From: Lytechinus pictus
Taxonomy: Eukaryota
Length of the DNA stretch: 60,000 nt
Direction: 5' to 3'
NCBI RefSeq assembly: GCF_037042905.1
Contig: NC_087252.1
Span: 4,280,001 to 4,340,000, forward strand
Part shown: one piece after another, positions 16,001-26,237 of the stretch
Layout: each line of letters opens with the position of its first letter
Position numbering within the stretch: position 1 is the stretch's first letter
Notes under the pieces: generated by a model
Told to the model about the DNA's origin: nothing
Database searches by the model: none
The model's input: only the letters and a program-made list of their open reading frames with translations
Position numbers and translations under genes: made by a program

Positions 16001-19000
16001 TAGCATATATTTATTATGTTTTTTTTCATTGATCAAGGATGCAAAGATCAAGTTTTTCTCCAAATTCAAAGTGTTAAAGGCTGTACGTAAGACTTGAGCA
16101 AATTATCTTTCATGGCGGCCATCTTGTATTTCAAAATGGCAACCAAACAGGGGTCTGACAATAATCAGTGCCTAAATATATGCCTATATGATAACTTTCA
16201 GGGCCAGAGTTCATGTAAAACTCAAGACAATTATCATTGCTTTTAATTCATGGTGGTCATTTTGCCGAAACCCGGTGGTTACATTGCTGGTGGCCGGCAA
16301 AAATCAGTGCCACGTACTTCTGTATGCCAAAGTTTGGTGTCATATATAATGTAAAATCCAAGAAAATTATTTTGATATGGTTTTTCATGGCAGCCATCTT
16401 GCCGCTGAACTGATGGTCAGATCACTTGTGGCTGGCAATATTTGAAATCAGCACCCAAAAATAGGTACTCTATTTGCCAAAGTTCAGAGCACATGTAAAA
16501 TTCAAGAAAATGATTTTAGTGATTTTCATGGTGGCCATCTTAGATTTCAAGATGGCGGCTGACCTGGTGGTAAGACTATTTGAAATAAGTGCCCTAAACT
16601 ACACCTACACTGTATATGCTAAATTCCAATACCATAGCTCATACAAAACTAGAGAAAATTATTGCAACGATATTTCATGGCGGCCATGTTGGATTTTAAG
16701 ATGGCGGCCGTTTTGCCGCTGACCTGGAGGTCAAATTGCTGGGAGCCGGCAATATTTGAAATCAGTGCCTCAAAATACCCCTATTTGCCAAATTTCAGTG
16801 TCACATATCATATAGAACTCAAGAAAATGACATTTAAAGGACATGTCCACCCCAACAAAAACTTAATTCAAATAAAAAGAGAAAAATTCAACAAGCATAA
16901 CATAATAATTTCATCAAAATCGGATGTAAAATATGAAAGTTATGGCATTTTAAATTTTCGCTTCATTTCACAAAACAGTTATATGCACATCTCGGTCGGT
17001 ATGCAAATGAGGAACTGATGACATCACTCACTCACTATTTCTTTTGTTTTTTATTATAATTATGAATTATGAAATATTTTTATTTTCTTGTCATTGTCAT
17101 GTGAAATGAAGTTTCATTCCTCCCTGAACACATGGAATTCCATTATTTTAACATTTTGTGCTTCAGGCAAAGAGGTCCTAATCGTCAAATTCGTAAAAAT
17201 TGAAATATTGTATAATTCAAACAATAAAAAACAAAAGAAATAGTGAGTTAGTGACATCATCGACTCTCTCATTTGGATGTAACTGGCTCGTTCATATAAC
17301 TATTTTGTTAAAAATAAGCGAAACTTTTAAATGTCATAACTTTCTTATTTTACCTCCGAGTTTGATGAAATTTTCAGCATTGTGCTTGTCTGATTTTTCT
17401 TTATTGATTCAAATCAACATTTTTCTGAGGTGGACTTGACCTTTAATGATTTTTCATGGTGGCCATCTTGGATTTCAAAATGGCGGCCATTTAGCTGCTG
17501 ACCAAATGGTCAAATTGCTGGGGGCCAGCAATATTTGAAATCAGTGCCTAAAAATACCCCTATATGCTAAATTTCAGTGTCACACGTCATGTATAACTCA
17601 AGAAAATGACATTAATGATTTCTCATGGCGGCCATCTTTGATTTCAAAATGGCGGCCGACGCGATGGTCAAATCACTTGGAGCCGGCAATATTTGAAATC
17701 AGCACCCAAAATCAAGCCTTTATGCCAAATTTCAGTGTTACATATCATGTAAAACTCAAGAAAATGACATTTAATGATTTTTCATGGCGGCCATTTAGCC
17801 GCTGACCAAGTGGTCAAACTGCTGGGGGCTGGCAATATTTGAAATCAGTGCCTAAATATACCCCAACATACCAAATTTCAGTGTCACACATCATGTAAAA
17901 CTCAAGAAAATGACATTTATGATTTCAAAATGGCGGCCATCTTGGATTTCAAAATGGCGGCCGACCCGATGATCAAATCACTTGGGGCCGGCAATATTTG
18001 AAATCAGCACCCCAAATTAAGCCTATATGCCAAATTCAATACCGCAGTTCATATAAAACTCGAGAAAATGATTGCAATAATATATCATGGCGGCCATCTT
18101 GGATTTCAAGATGGTGGCCATTTCGCCGCCGACCAAATGGTCAAATTGCTGGGGGCCGGCAATATTTGAAATCAGTGCCTCAAAATACCCCTATATGCCA
18201 AATTTCAGTGTCACATGCCATGTAAAACTCAAGAAATTGACATTTAATGATATTTCATGGCGGCCATCTTGGATTTCAAAATGGCGGCCGACCCGATGGT
18301 CAAATCGCTTGGGGCCGGCAATTTTTTAAATCAGCGCCGAAAAATAACCCTGTATGCCAAATTTCACACTTTCTGCCAGATTCGAGCATCTTTTTCACAT
18401 ATCTACTGGACTATTCTACCTATACCTTATCCATGATAACCCATAATTCATCATTTCTAACACAAGGGCGTAGGCTGTGGGCGCACTATGCACGTGCATC
18501 CTCACGCCGAGGCAGGAATTCCGACACTTAAAACGAAATTTTTACCCCTTCTGCTTTAAACAGCTGATTTTCCAAACTTCAGTTCCACCTCCCCAAGATG
18601 TGCACCCCCATACCATTTTCGTTCCACATCCCGAGGATGTGCACCTCCCCATGCTCAAACCCACGTCCTTTATTTCGGTGGCCCAGTGTATAGTCCGTAC
18701 GTACAGTACATGCACAGGATATATGTCCTTAACCGACCAATCAGAGAATGGCTAACGTGCTGTCTTTAACGGGACGTCTCAAACCAGCCTACGCCCTTTT
18801 TATATGAAGTCAATATGAAGTTTAACATCTGATGGGGCATTACCGTGGACCGGGGCGAAATTGCGGTAGATCTATACCTCTAACGTTAGTTAACGATGCT
18901 TCAGGGGTTCCGCAATTCGGCGAGGCGTTGTAAAGTCCTGAAAATTAAATTTCCCGAGATCCACTATGTCGTGATGTCCCTTGACGAGGGATAAGCTATA

Positions 19001-22000
19001 CTTGAATTGTTTATGTACTAGCCTACTAAAGTTAGGCCTATACTATTTGATCCGAGACCGGCTTGATAGCGGACTAAAAGTTATCGTCTTGCATCCCCAG
19101 TGCTGAGTTGAGAACATTGGCGGCGGAAGCCCAAAAATTAAGGGGGTCCACTTGAAATTTTGTGATGGACACAGGTAAAAAATTTGACAAGGAAAAAAAA
19201 AAAAGGTCATCAACATACATTTTAGCGGGGGGGGGGGGCAGAGAAATTTTAGGGGGGGTCCACTTGAATTTATGGGGGGGGGGACGCAGGAAACAAAATT
19301 GACAAGCAAAAAAAAAAAAGAAAAAAAAGGTTATCAACAAAAAATTTAGGACCGTCCCCCCGCTTCCGCCGCCTATGATTGAGAATAACATGCATGTGTT
19401 TCATATAATCTGTCGCGTACTGCGCACGTCCCTGAATTCTTTCAACTCATTCCATTGGCTCTCTTAATCGGGCGTACAGCGTGTGGCTACGTTGCCGTTA
19501 CCTAGCTGTCAACATGGACGCTGCGTTACGGAGCCGACCATGCCGTGCTCAGCCAATCACATACCTTCTGCTGGAGGTGTGTCCGTGGAGAATTCCCGTG
19601 GTATCACAGGCACGCGCATTGACATTTGAGGGCCGTATATTGCTTGCCAATAATGGTTTCCTCCCCCCCCCCCCCCCCACTCCGGGGTCAGAAGGACCGC
19701 ATGCGTGTTCCCAAAATGTCCGGTAATGGGGTACTTTTTCGTGGGACAAGTCCGGCCCGCGAATTGTAAAAAAGGGGGTTGTATTTTCACCCGGAGATTT
19801 CTTTAAAAAGGGAGTGTTTTTTTAGCTCATCCGGCCCGAACGGCCAAATGAGATTATGCCGTGGCGTGGCGTCCGTCGTCCGTCCACAATTTCAAAATGC
19901 TACTTCTTTGCCATTTCAAGTCCGATTTCAATTCTGTTTGCTTTATATGATAGCACTAGGTGGGGGATTCAAAACTTCTACACAGAATTTTGAAATTCAT
20001 GAAATATGCTAATTTATGCGCATTTTTCAAAATTCACAAAAAATGCTTTATTTGTTGACCGATTTTGAATTTTTTGCTTCCATCTGGTAGAACTTAATGA
20101 GGTTCACCAAACTTCTACACAGAATTTTGAAATTTTGACCAGAATAATTTTTATGCTGATTTATACGAAATTAGTTTATGCAAATTTTTAAAAATTCACA
20201 TAAAATGCTTCTTCTTCTTTATTTGTTGACCGATTTTGATTTTTTTTCTTCCATCTGGTAGAGCTTCATGAGGTTCACCAAACTTCTACACAGAATTTCG
20301 AAATTTTGACTAGAACAATTTTTATGCTAATTTATGCGAAATTAATTTATTCATATTTTTAAAAATTCACATAAAATGCTTTTTCTTCTTTAATTGTTGA
20401 CCGATTTCGATTTTTTCTCTTCCGCATCTGGTAGAACTTCATGAGGTTCACCATACTTCTACACAGAATTTTGAAATTTTCAGTAGAAAATTATTTATGC
20501 TAATTTATGCGAAGTTTATTCAGAAATCACAGAATATGCCTCTTCTTTTTTATTTGTTGACCGATTTTTTTTTCTTCCATCTGGTAGAACTTAATGAGGT
20601 TCACCAAACTTCTACACAGAATTATGAAATTTTCAGTAGAAGATTATTATGCTAATTTATGCAAAATGTATTCATAAATCACAAAAAAAATGTTTTTTCT
20701 TCTTCATTTGTTGATCAATCTCAATTTTGTTTGCTCTATATGATAGCTCGAGGTGGTGATACAAAATTTCAACACAGAATTTTGAAATTCATTAAATATT
20801 CTAATTTATTCATATATTTTCAAAACTCACAAAAATTACTTATTTATTTGTTGATTGATTTTGATTATTTTTGTTCCATCTGAGAGCTCATGAGGTTCAC
20901 CAAGGTTCTACACAGAGTCAAGAATTTTTGACTAAAAAGTTATTTATACTTAATTTATATGAAATTTATTCATAGATCACAAAAAATGCTACTATGTCAT
21001 TTCTTCATTAATTTCAATTCTATATCCTCAATTTATGTCACCAATATAATTCACTACAGTGTCAACTGGGCTGAAATTAAAATTGTGTTAGATTTCGTTG
21101 CGAGATGCCGGATGAGCTCCACATCATTGATGTGCTAGTTTATCTCTCTCTTTGGCCCCCTGAGAAATTTTTAAAGGGGGCTATCAAATATTTTGAATAC
21201 CATAGAAAAATTGATCAAATCCCGAAATCAAATTCCTGAAATTCCTGCTAGTTTTGAAAGCTCATTCGAATGAGCCTGAATAATCCTGGATTCAGGATTA
21301 TTTCATTTTGAAAAGTAAAGTACGGACCTTTTGTTGGAATGAGAGCTCACCTGAGATAGGGGGTACATTGAGAAGTGTTCCGGATTTAGGGGGGTCTCCA
21401 AGGCAGAAAAAGCCCGCGAAAAGCCCTCGAAAGGGGGGTTCAGAAATTTTGGCAGACCTTCGATAGGGGGGGGGGGTGCTTTAAAAGGGAGGGAACGACC
21501 ATAGGCGTACCCTAAATAACACTGAGTGGGGGGGGGGGGCGCGGGGGTTTCCTGTATTAAAATACCCGTCTTCTCTCGCAAACGTTCTTATTTACTAATT
21601 CGAATAATCTTTATTTTTGCGGCTCGCTGATTATAAAGGCGTATACTGTTAGTGTTGTACACTTTCAACACTCGGCATCAAGAAGTGATTTTGTGGTGGG
21701 GTTCACTCACTTTTGATCACAGCTGTATACTCACGAGGTGTCCGTACAGCCTAATAATATTCTCTTGATTATCTCTTTTGCAGCTACCTATCCAATGGTT
21801 ATTGTGACGCATCGGGACATGATACCAGATCTGACCATAAGGGAGGCGATACGCAATAAACTCGTCAACATGGATATAATCCAAGATAAAATCATTTTTG
21901 TCGAGAATTTCACAGAAGAACCAGAAGACAAGTCCAATAGTAAAGACTTAATTGAAGAGTTCTTGAAGATTTTAGAAACAATGCTCGTTATGGCAGATGG

Positions 22001-22043
22001 CAATCTTGTACATCAGTTGAATAAAAAATCTTTATCTGAGTAA
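261..22043 (+). CDS. Gene A (5'-partial): Ig-domain type I membrane protein with a cytoplasmic IFI44/IFI44L-like P-loop GTPase domain
   Basis: Ten exons with AG/GT boundaries and compatible phases give one open frame of about 428 codons ending TAA at 22041-22043: 261-496, 1027-1144, 1909-2025, 2791-2856, 3022-3072, 3992-4150, 4928-5092, 5735-5771, 6581-6660, 21784-22043. They encode an Ig-C-like domain, a TM helix, then G1 GLTGAGKSS, G3 DNKG and G4 THRD. Confidence 0.85.
523..683. mobile_element. Tourist/Harbinger-type MITE
   Basis: Imperfect TIR tgctgtagtcacattccc / gggaaatgtgactgcgcca, flanked by TTA on both sides. Confidence 0.6.
1027..1144 (+). CDS. Gene A exon: Ig F/G strands and stalk
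   Basis: ISRSEFDHQYKCEARGQAVNGVSSTTASF...; tcag acceptor, GTACT donor; paralogous to 48953-49052. Confidence 0.85.
1480..1700 (-). mobile_element. tRNA-derived SINE (partial)
   Basis: Reverse complement of the SINE family at 47541 (gggtacccatttacctcacctgggtcgagtgcagcacag...ggatttgaacccacgaccctctg). Confidence 0.75.
1909..2025 (+). CDS. Gene A exon: transmembrane helix
   Basis: GLHPGYIVLITFLILGIVIILVLIVVFYHIKVGIPCLSR; polypyrimidine tract plus cag acceptor; GTAAA donor; phase 1-1. Confidence 0.85.
2791..3072 (+). CDS. Gene A: two short juxtamembrane linker exons (2791-2856 and 3022-3072)
   Basis: DDCVHRGEMEKKQDIDSKTCNI (66 nt) and DGAGSANLDSIPLNEVQ (51 nt); both are phase 1-1 with tag acceptors and GT donors. 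Confidence 0.65.
3992..4150 (+). CDS. Gene A exon: GTPase G1/P-loop
   Basis: LRRNIRDYSPG...TRMAIVGLTGAGKSSFIRSLKCAYSG resembles IFI44 LRTYEP...RILLLGPIGAGKSSFFNSV (recalled sequence); GTGAGT donor; uncommon GAG acceptor. Confidence 0.85.
4425..4700 (+). mobile_element. Degenerate tRNA-derived SINE
   Basis: A-box-like ggtgtagtgg, B-box-like ggtcgaatcc and core aacccagatgctaaatgggtaccc. Confidence 0.6.
4928..5092 (+). CDS. Gene A exon: GTPase G2/G3
   Basis: VYNKEIEVVAGSSSGGVTLEPTFYKITDNIHIQDNKGMRD contains a G2 Thr and DxxG; GTAAG donor; phase 1-1. Confidence 0.85.
5735..6660 (+). CDS. Gene A: two GTPase core exons (5735-5771 and 6581-6660)
   Basis: KEKVISLLIFVIR (37 nt, GTGAGT donor, phase 1-2) and PNDVQNDVETVTKFLTKLSKAVRTEF (80 nt, GTAAG donor, phase 2-1). 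They bridge the frame exactly and match the IFI44 IHCVAFVFD strand and the following helix. Confidence 0.75.
7218..10490. mobile_element. MULE/MuDR-type non-autonomous element filled with microsatellite
   Basis: About 75-bp near-perfect TIRs (GCGCGTTTCCGTTTTACACCCTGGCGAAGG...); 9-bp TSD TGCCGGCCC (7209-7217; right copy split by a later insertion). Confidence 0.75.
7545..10140. repeat. Compound (TATC)n/(TC)n microsatellite with higher-order repeats
   Basis: Long CTAT runs interspersed with recurring gtaactacagtatctat...ctgttaatttg units. Confidence 0.95.
11813..12374. mobile_element. Kolobok-type MITE (palindromic)
   Basis: TTAA TSD; AGGGATGGTCCGGGCTGAAA / TTTCAGCCCGGACCATCCCT TIRs extending about 190 bp. 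Confidence 0.8.
12629..12848. mobile_element. Harbinger-type MITE
   Basis: TAA TSD; gggcgttgcaagaaa / tttcttgcaacaccc TIRs. Confidence 0.65.
16838..17442. mobile_element. Kolobok-type MITE
   Basis: TTAA TSD, AGG...CCT termini; it precisely interrupts an Academ subterminal unit (aaaatgacatttaa|tgatttttcatgg). Confidence 0.8.
18464..18798. mobile_element. Short TIR element (MITE)
   Basis: Perfect 14-bp TIR aagggcgtaggctg / cagcctacgccctt. Confidence 0.6.
19820..21140 (+). mobile_element. Non-autonomous Helentron (HINE/DINE-1-like) with internal ~170-bp tandem repeats
   Basis: T-run insertion site; subterminal IR AGCTCATCCGGC (19824) / GCCGGATGAGCT (21107); GTCC repeats; 3' hairpin CACATCATTGATGTG followed by CTAGTT. 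Confidence 0.8.
21784..22043 (+). CDS. Gene A terminal exon: GTPase G4/G5 and C-terminal helix
   Basis: ATYPMVIVTHRD...KIIFVENFTEE...FLKILETMLVMADGNL resembles IFI44 VALLTHVD...ISVVSNYSSE...LSALRRMLWAADDFL; ttttgcag acceptor, phase 1. Confidence 0.88.
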
Positions 22044-22777
22044 AACGCCAGCATGTCTGCTGACAGGGGCGTACGCGCGGGGAGGGGGGTGGGTTACATG
22101 GGTTCACCCCCCTTTATTTGTTTGTAATCCATTATGTACGCAGGGATGGGGGTCACAGGGGTTCAAAACCCCCCTGAAATTTTGTTAGGTATGAAACAAC
22201 CTCAATTTTGTTTTTGAAGACCTCTTTTGGCTTGTCAACATTTCATTCAGCTTGAACCCCTACCCTGCGTGCGCCCCCGGCCTGCTGCTGCATCAACAAC
22301 TAAGCATGGGGAAAAGTTTCAAACACTCACATCGTGTTTCAAATGAGACACTGGGTCAGAGCAGCGGGGTTGATATTCTAGCCATTTGAATAATCTTGGC
22401 TATAGGGTTACCTCAGGCTGAAAATCAAAGGTTAGTACGAACAAAGTTTGACACACGGAATATTGGACATTTTTATTATGTTTTATTCGTTTATTTTATC
22501 CAAAAACAGAGGTATATTTTTAAACGAAAAATTTTAAAGGGAGCCTATTTTAACTTTCTCGATGCATTCTAATTTGTACATTTTACACATACGTATCTGA
22601 CTTCAGATCGAATCGCTCGCACAATATGCATGTACTTCGTGACATACTCTTTCATTTTACCTCTAGCAATAATCTCAAGCACAAAAATGAAGACCTTTTT
22701 ATTTGTTGTAGTGTTGTTATATAAAAGAGTTGCGTGTGTAAAAAGTTTTAGACTAGTTTTAATTGATTATGCGCTCC

Positions 22778-22887
22778 CACTAGCGTACCTACGGGGGGGG
22801 GGATTGAAGACCTTTTCTTTTTTTTTTTTTTTTTTTTTGGCGGACGGTTTTGCCACCCCCCTGTAAAAAATCCCAGGTACACCACTG
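22778..22887. mobile_element. 110-bp hAT-type MITE
   Basis: 8-bp TSD TGCGCTCC on both sides; CA...TG imperfect TIRs. Confidence 0.7.
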
Positions 22888-23574
22888 TGCGCTCCACAAT
22901 ATTACTTTCATTTTTATCGAACAAAACATATTCGAAGATTTGTTTAAAATATTATGCTAATGGCTCTGTATGTAATATTGATGACAAAAAAATTGATTTT
23001 AGTTTCAGCAACCGTTGGCTTTATGTCAACATGCAATTTGATTAGGAGTGACAGACTAAGCTGTCATTTTTTTTTCAAAAAAAGAAAATTATAATTCGTG
23101 GCCTTGGCAATCTGGCAATGGCTATTCGTAGACCAACGTGCAATTTAGTCATGAAGTGAACTTCATAATCAAATGCAATTGTAATTTCGCTTTCATACCG
23201 GTACTAACAGCCTATGCTGTTATTTATTTCTTTCCTCAATCGGTCGTACCTCCCAGCAGTTCTCAACAGTGCGGGTTAATAATGAAGTGACGTTTACATA
23301 CACACGATTTGAATCCAACTATCAAACTTTTGTTGTTATACCTGTACAACATATGCAGTTATTAATTAATACAATGTTTTATTACGTATATCTAGTCTCG
23401 ACATTCTTTAATTTTATGCCGTTATGCAATTCAGTTATGAGGTTAACTTCATATTCAGAGATGCAATTACCAACCATTTGCTTTCAGATTTTCTTTAAGA
23501 GTTCGTAGTTTCAGCAATCGTTAACCAACGAACATAGATGGCTGCAACACTGCCGTGTGTTGCTGCCCTCCATG

Positions 23575-23802
23575 TTCGTTGTCGTTAACCATTTGCACTC
23601 TTCCGGCCTCTGTGAGATGTGCAAAGAATTTGAGACTATTGAACATTATGTTTTATTTTGTTCAAAATATGTAAAGGATAGACGCATTATGTTTAATAAA
23701 CTTAAGATGAATGACCCGAATCTTAAACAATTGTTAATTAATCCCGATTATACACGGGAACTATTATGTTTTATGTATGCCACTGACCGTTTTTACAGTT
23801 AG
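23575..23802 (+). mobile_element. 3' fragment of a non-LTR retrotransposon (C-terminal zinc-knuckle region)
   Basis: SGLCEMCKEFETIEHYVLFCSKY fits the CxxC...ETxxHxxxxC motif at the end of LINE ORF2. Confidence 0.65.
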
Positions 23803-24127
23803 GTGTGTGTCCTTTTTTTTTTTTTTTTTTTTCTTTTTCTTTCAAACACAAGAAGGATTTAAAAATTTTATTAATAAGAAACTAAGAAAAGACAAGACAA
23901 ACGAATAAGAAGGACGTGTAATTGTATGTGATATCACATTTGAATTGTTATTTGACGAATATTTTAAGAAATTCTATAAATATATAACTAGTAGCCGATT
24001 GGTTAGCTGGTGTGCCCTTTTTCACGAACAATCATTTAGCACGCGCGATATTTAATTTCTCTATTTGTATTGAAGTATTATTCCTCGAAGATGTTTAATC
24101 TTGTAGGACCTACTAATATAATAGGTG

Positions 24128-26237
24128 CATGGGCGGAAATCTGTCCTGAAAGGTAGGGGGGACAACAGGGGCGGATCCAGCCTTCGCCAGGCGGGGGGCC
24201 GAAATTTTTTTTCAGCCATAATTTTATGTTAATCCCCGATCGGCCGCTCAAAGGTGATTTTTGTTTGTTTCATTGAAGGAGTAGTCCTCATGGTCAGTTT
24301 TAGCTTTATTCTTAAATCAACATAAATATATAATATCATAATCCTTATTTATATAATGCGAGCGCGAAGCGCGAGCAAAATTTTTTGGTGTTGAAAATTT
24401 ATGTATTTTTTACTAAAATTTGAACATTCTGGGCAATGTTTATCCTGAAAAAAATGTATATACAACTAAATAATTACTACGAATGCGAAGTGCGAGCAGA
24501 GGTTAACTGATGGAAAAGAATTGAGATTTACACCTGAGAACGAGACACTCTATTCATGTTTTGTAAATCATGAAAAGGATAGGTAATTGGGGGTCTTCCT
24601 TACATCCGGTCTTTTCATTAATAATGCAAGTGCAAAATGCAGCCAGAAAATGTTCATATACGTTTAATTTGAATTGATCGAAAAGGTACTTGTTCAGGAC
24701 TGCTTGCACTTAGCCATGAAGACGTTGCATATTTCAACAATCAAATAATGCTAGTGCGAATCGCGAGCTAAAAAATTTTGACATTTCTACAAAAAGAATC
24801 GAAAATTTTAATCAATTTTTGTAATCGTGAACAGGGTAGCTATATAACTAAACAATTATTGATGCAAGCGAAGCGTGAGCAGAAAAAAAATCGAGATTTA
24901 GACCTAAAAATGAGACACTCTATTCATTTGTAAATCATGAAAATGATGAGTAATAGGGGATTTTTCTACATTAATAATGCGAGCACAAAGCGCGAGCAGA
25001 AAATTTTTGATATTGTGATCTGAAACTGGATAATGATTTAAAAAGAGAACAAGTTGAATATCTGAAAAAACATGCGCGTATTTCAGATTTAGACCTAGAA
25101 TCTCGGCATTCTACACATCTTTTATCATGAAAAATCAAAGCGAGCGCGAAGCGCGAGCTTAAAATATTTGATATTCCGATCTGAAAAAAAGAGTCAATTT
25201 CAGCTATATATTTCAAGCACTTTGTAGGAAAATTGTGAGGTGGATATGGATCGCACTTAATAAAGAGCTGATATTTTTCATTATTATTTGAGTTTTGACA
25301 TAGAACCGGGACATCCTTAGGACAAGTCATATGAAAATGATGACTATCTTCCTATTCCTCTTGCTAAGCGCGAGATGAAACAAAAGGGACAATTTAATCA
25401 TTAAATTAATATCTTATTTATTAATGCCTAATGAGGGCAAGAAATCTGATGATATTATGGCCTGAAAACTGGACATTTCAAGCACTTTTGTAATTATGAA
25501 TAGAATAATGCATCAGTTAAAATATTTTTTAACCATTAATGCGAGCGCAAATCGCGAGCCAAAATCTTTGATAAACTGTCATGAAAATCAATATTGAGAC
25601 ATACATAAATCGCCAATCAAAATGCGAGTAGCGCTATCTGCTACGTTTTGACAATCAGACTTGAAAAGGGATATTTTTCAAACTAAATGGAATACACAAA
25701 AATAATAGGTACTTAATAAATCGAAATTTGCGAGCGCTCAGTGCGAGTACAAAATGTCAATTTTCAGACCATAAAGCTGTCACTTTTACAGAGCACTTTT
25801 TAAAAATCAGTTTTTAAATCACACAAAATAATGAAAGTTCGATTTCCGAGGTGAAATGTGTAATGTATATTGACTTCCAAACTTATAATTAAGCTCCATA
25901 TTGAAAAATCACCTAACAGGCAATGCGTGCGCGAAGCGCGAGCGAAAATTTTATATAGTGACATAAAAGATTCTTTTTATTTTCCAAGTCTTCCCCTCAT
26001 CTTATTTTATTCACTCTGGAAAATTTGACAAGCAAAAAAAAGAAAAGAAAAGGTTTTCACCCAAAATGTAAGGTCATTTAGTCCAAAATACATGTATTAT
26101 TTCGAATGTGAATGATGCATTTTTCTCCATCATAAAAAAACAAAAATAGTAGGGGGGACATTTGATATTGTGTCCCCCCTACTATTTTTGGTAGGGGGGA
26201 CACGTCCCCCCTGTCCCCCCTGGGATTTCCGCCCATG
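24128..26237. mobile_element. hAT-type non-autonomous element
   Basis: TIR CATGGGCGGAAATC / GATTTCCGCCCATG; perfect 8-bp TSD AATAGGTG; internal GCGAGCGCGAAGCGCGAGC repeats. Confidence 0.8.

Larger units (their letters stand above)
6778..18413. mobile_element. Academ-like DNA transposon (non-autonomous/degenerate) with nested insertions
   Basis: TAG...CTA termini with 3-bp TSD TTC (6775-6777, 18414-18416); long inverted ends (6811-7210 vs about 17990-18390); arrays of GCCGCCATTTTGAAATCCAAGATGGCCGCC units; EEA...IH and ILATDKDVVVL remnant near 15796-15920. Confidence 0.75.

Noticed and set aside
6709..18531. Recurrent MAAILDFKMAA / WRPSWISKW ORFs
   Set aside because: These are translations of palindromic transposon subterminal repeats.
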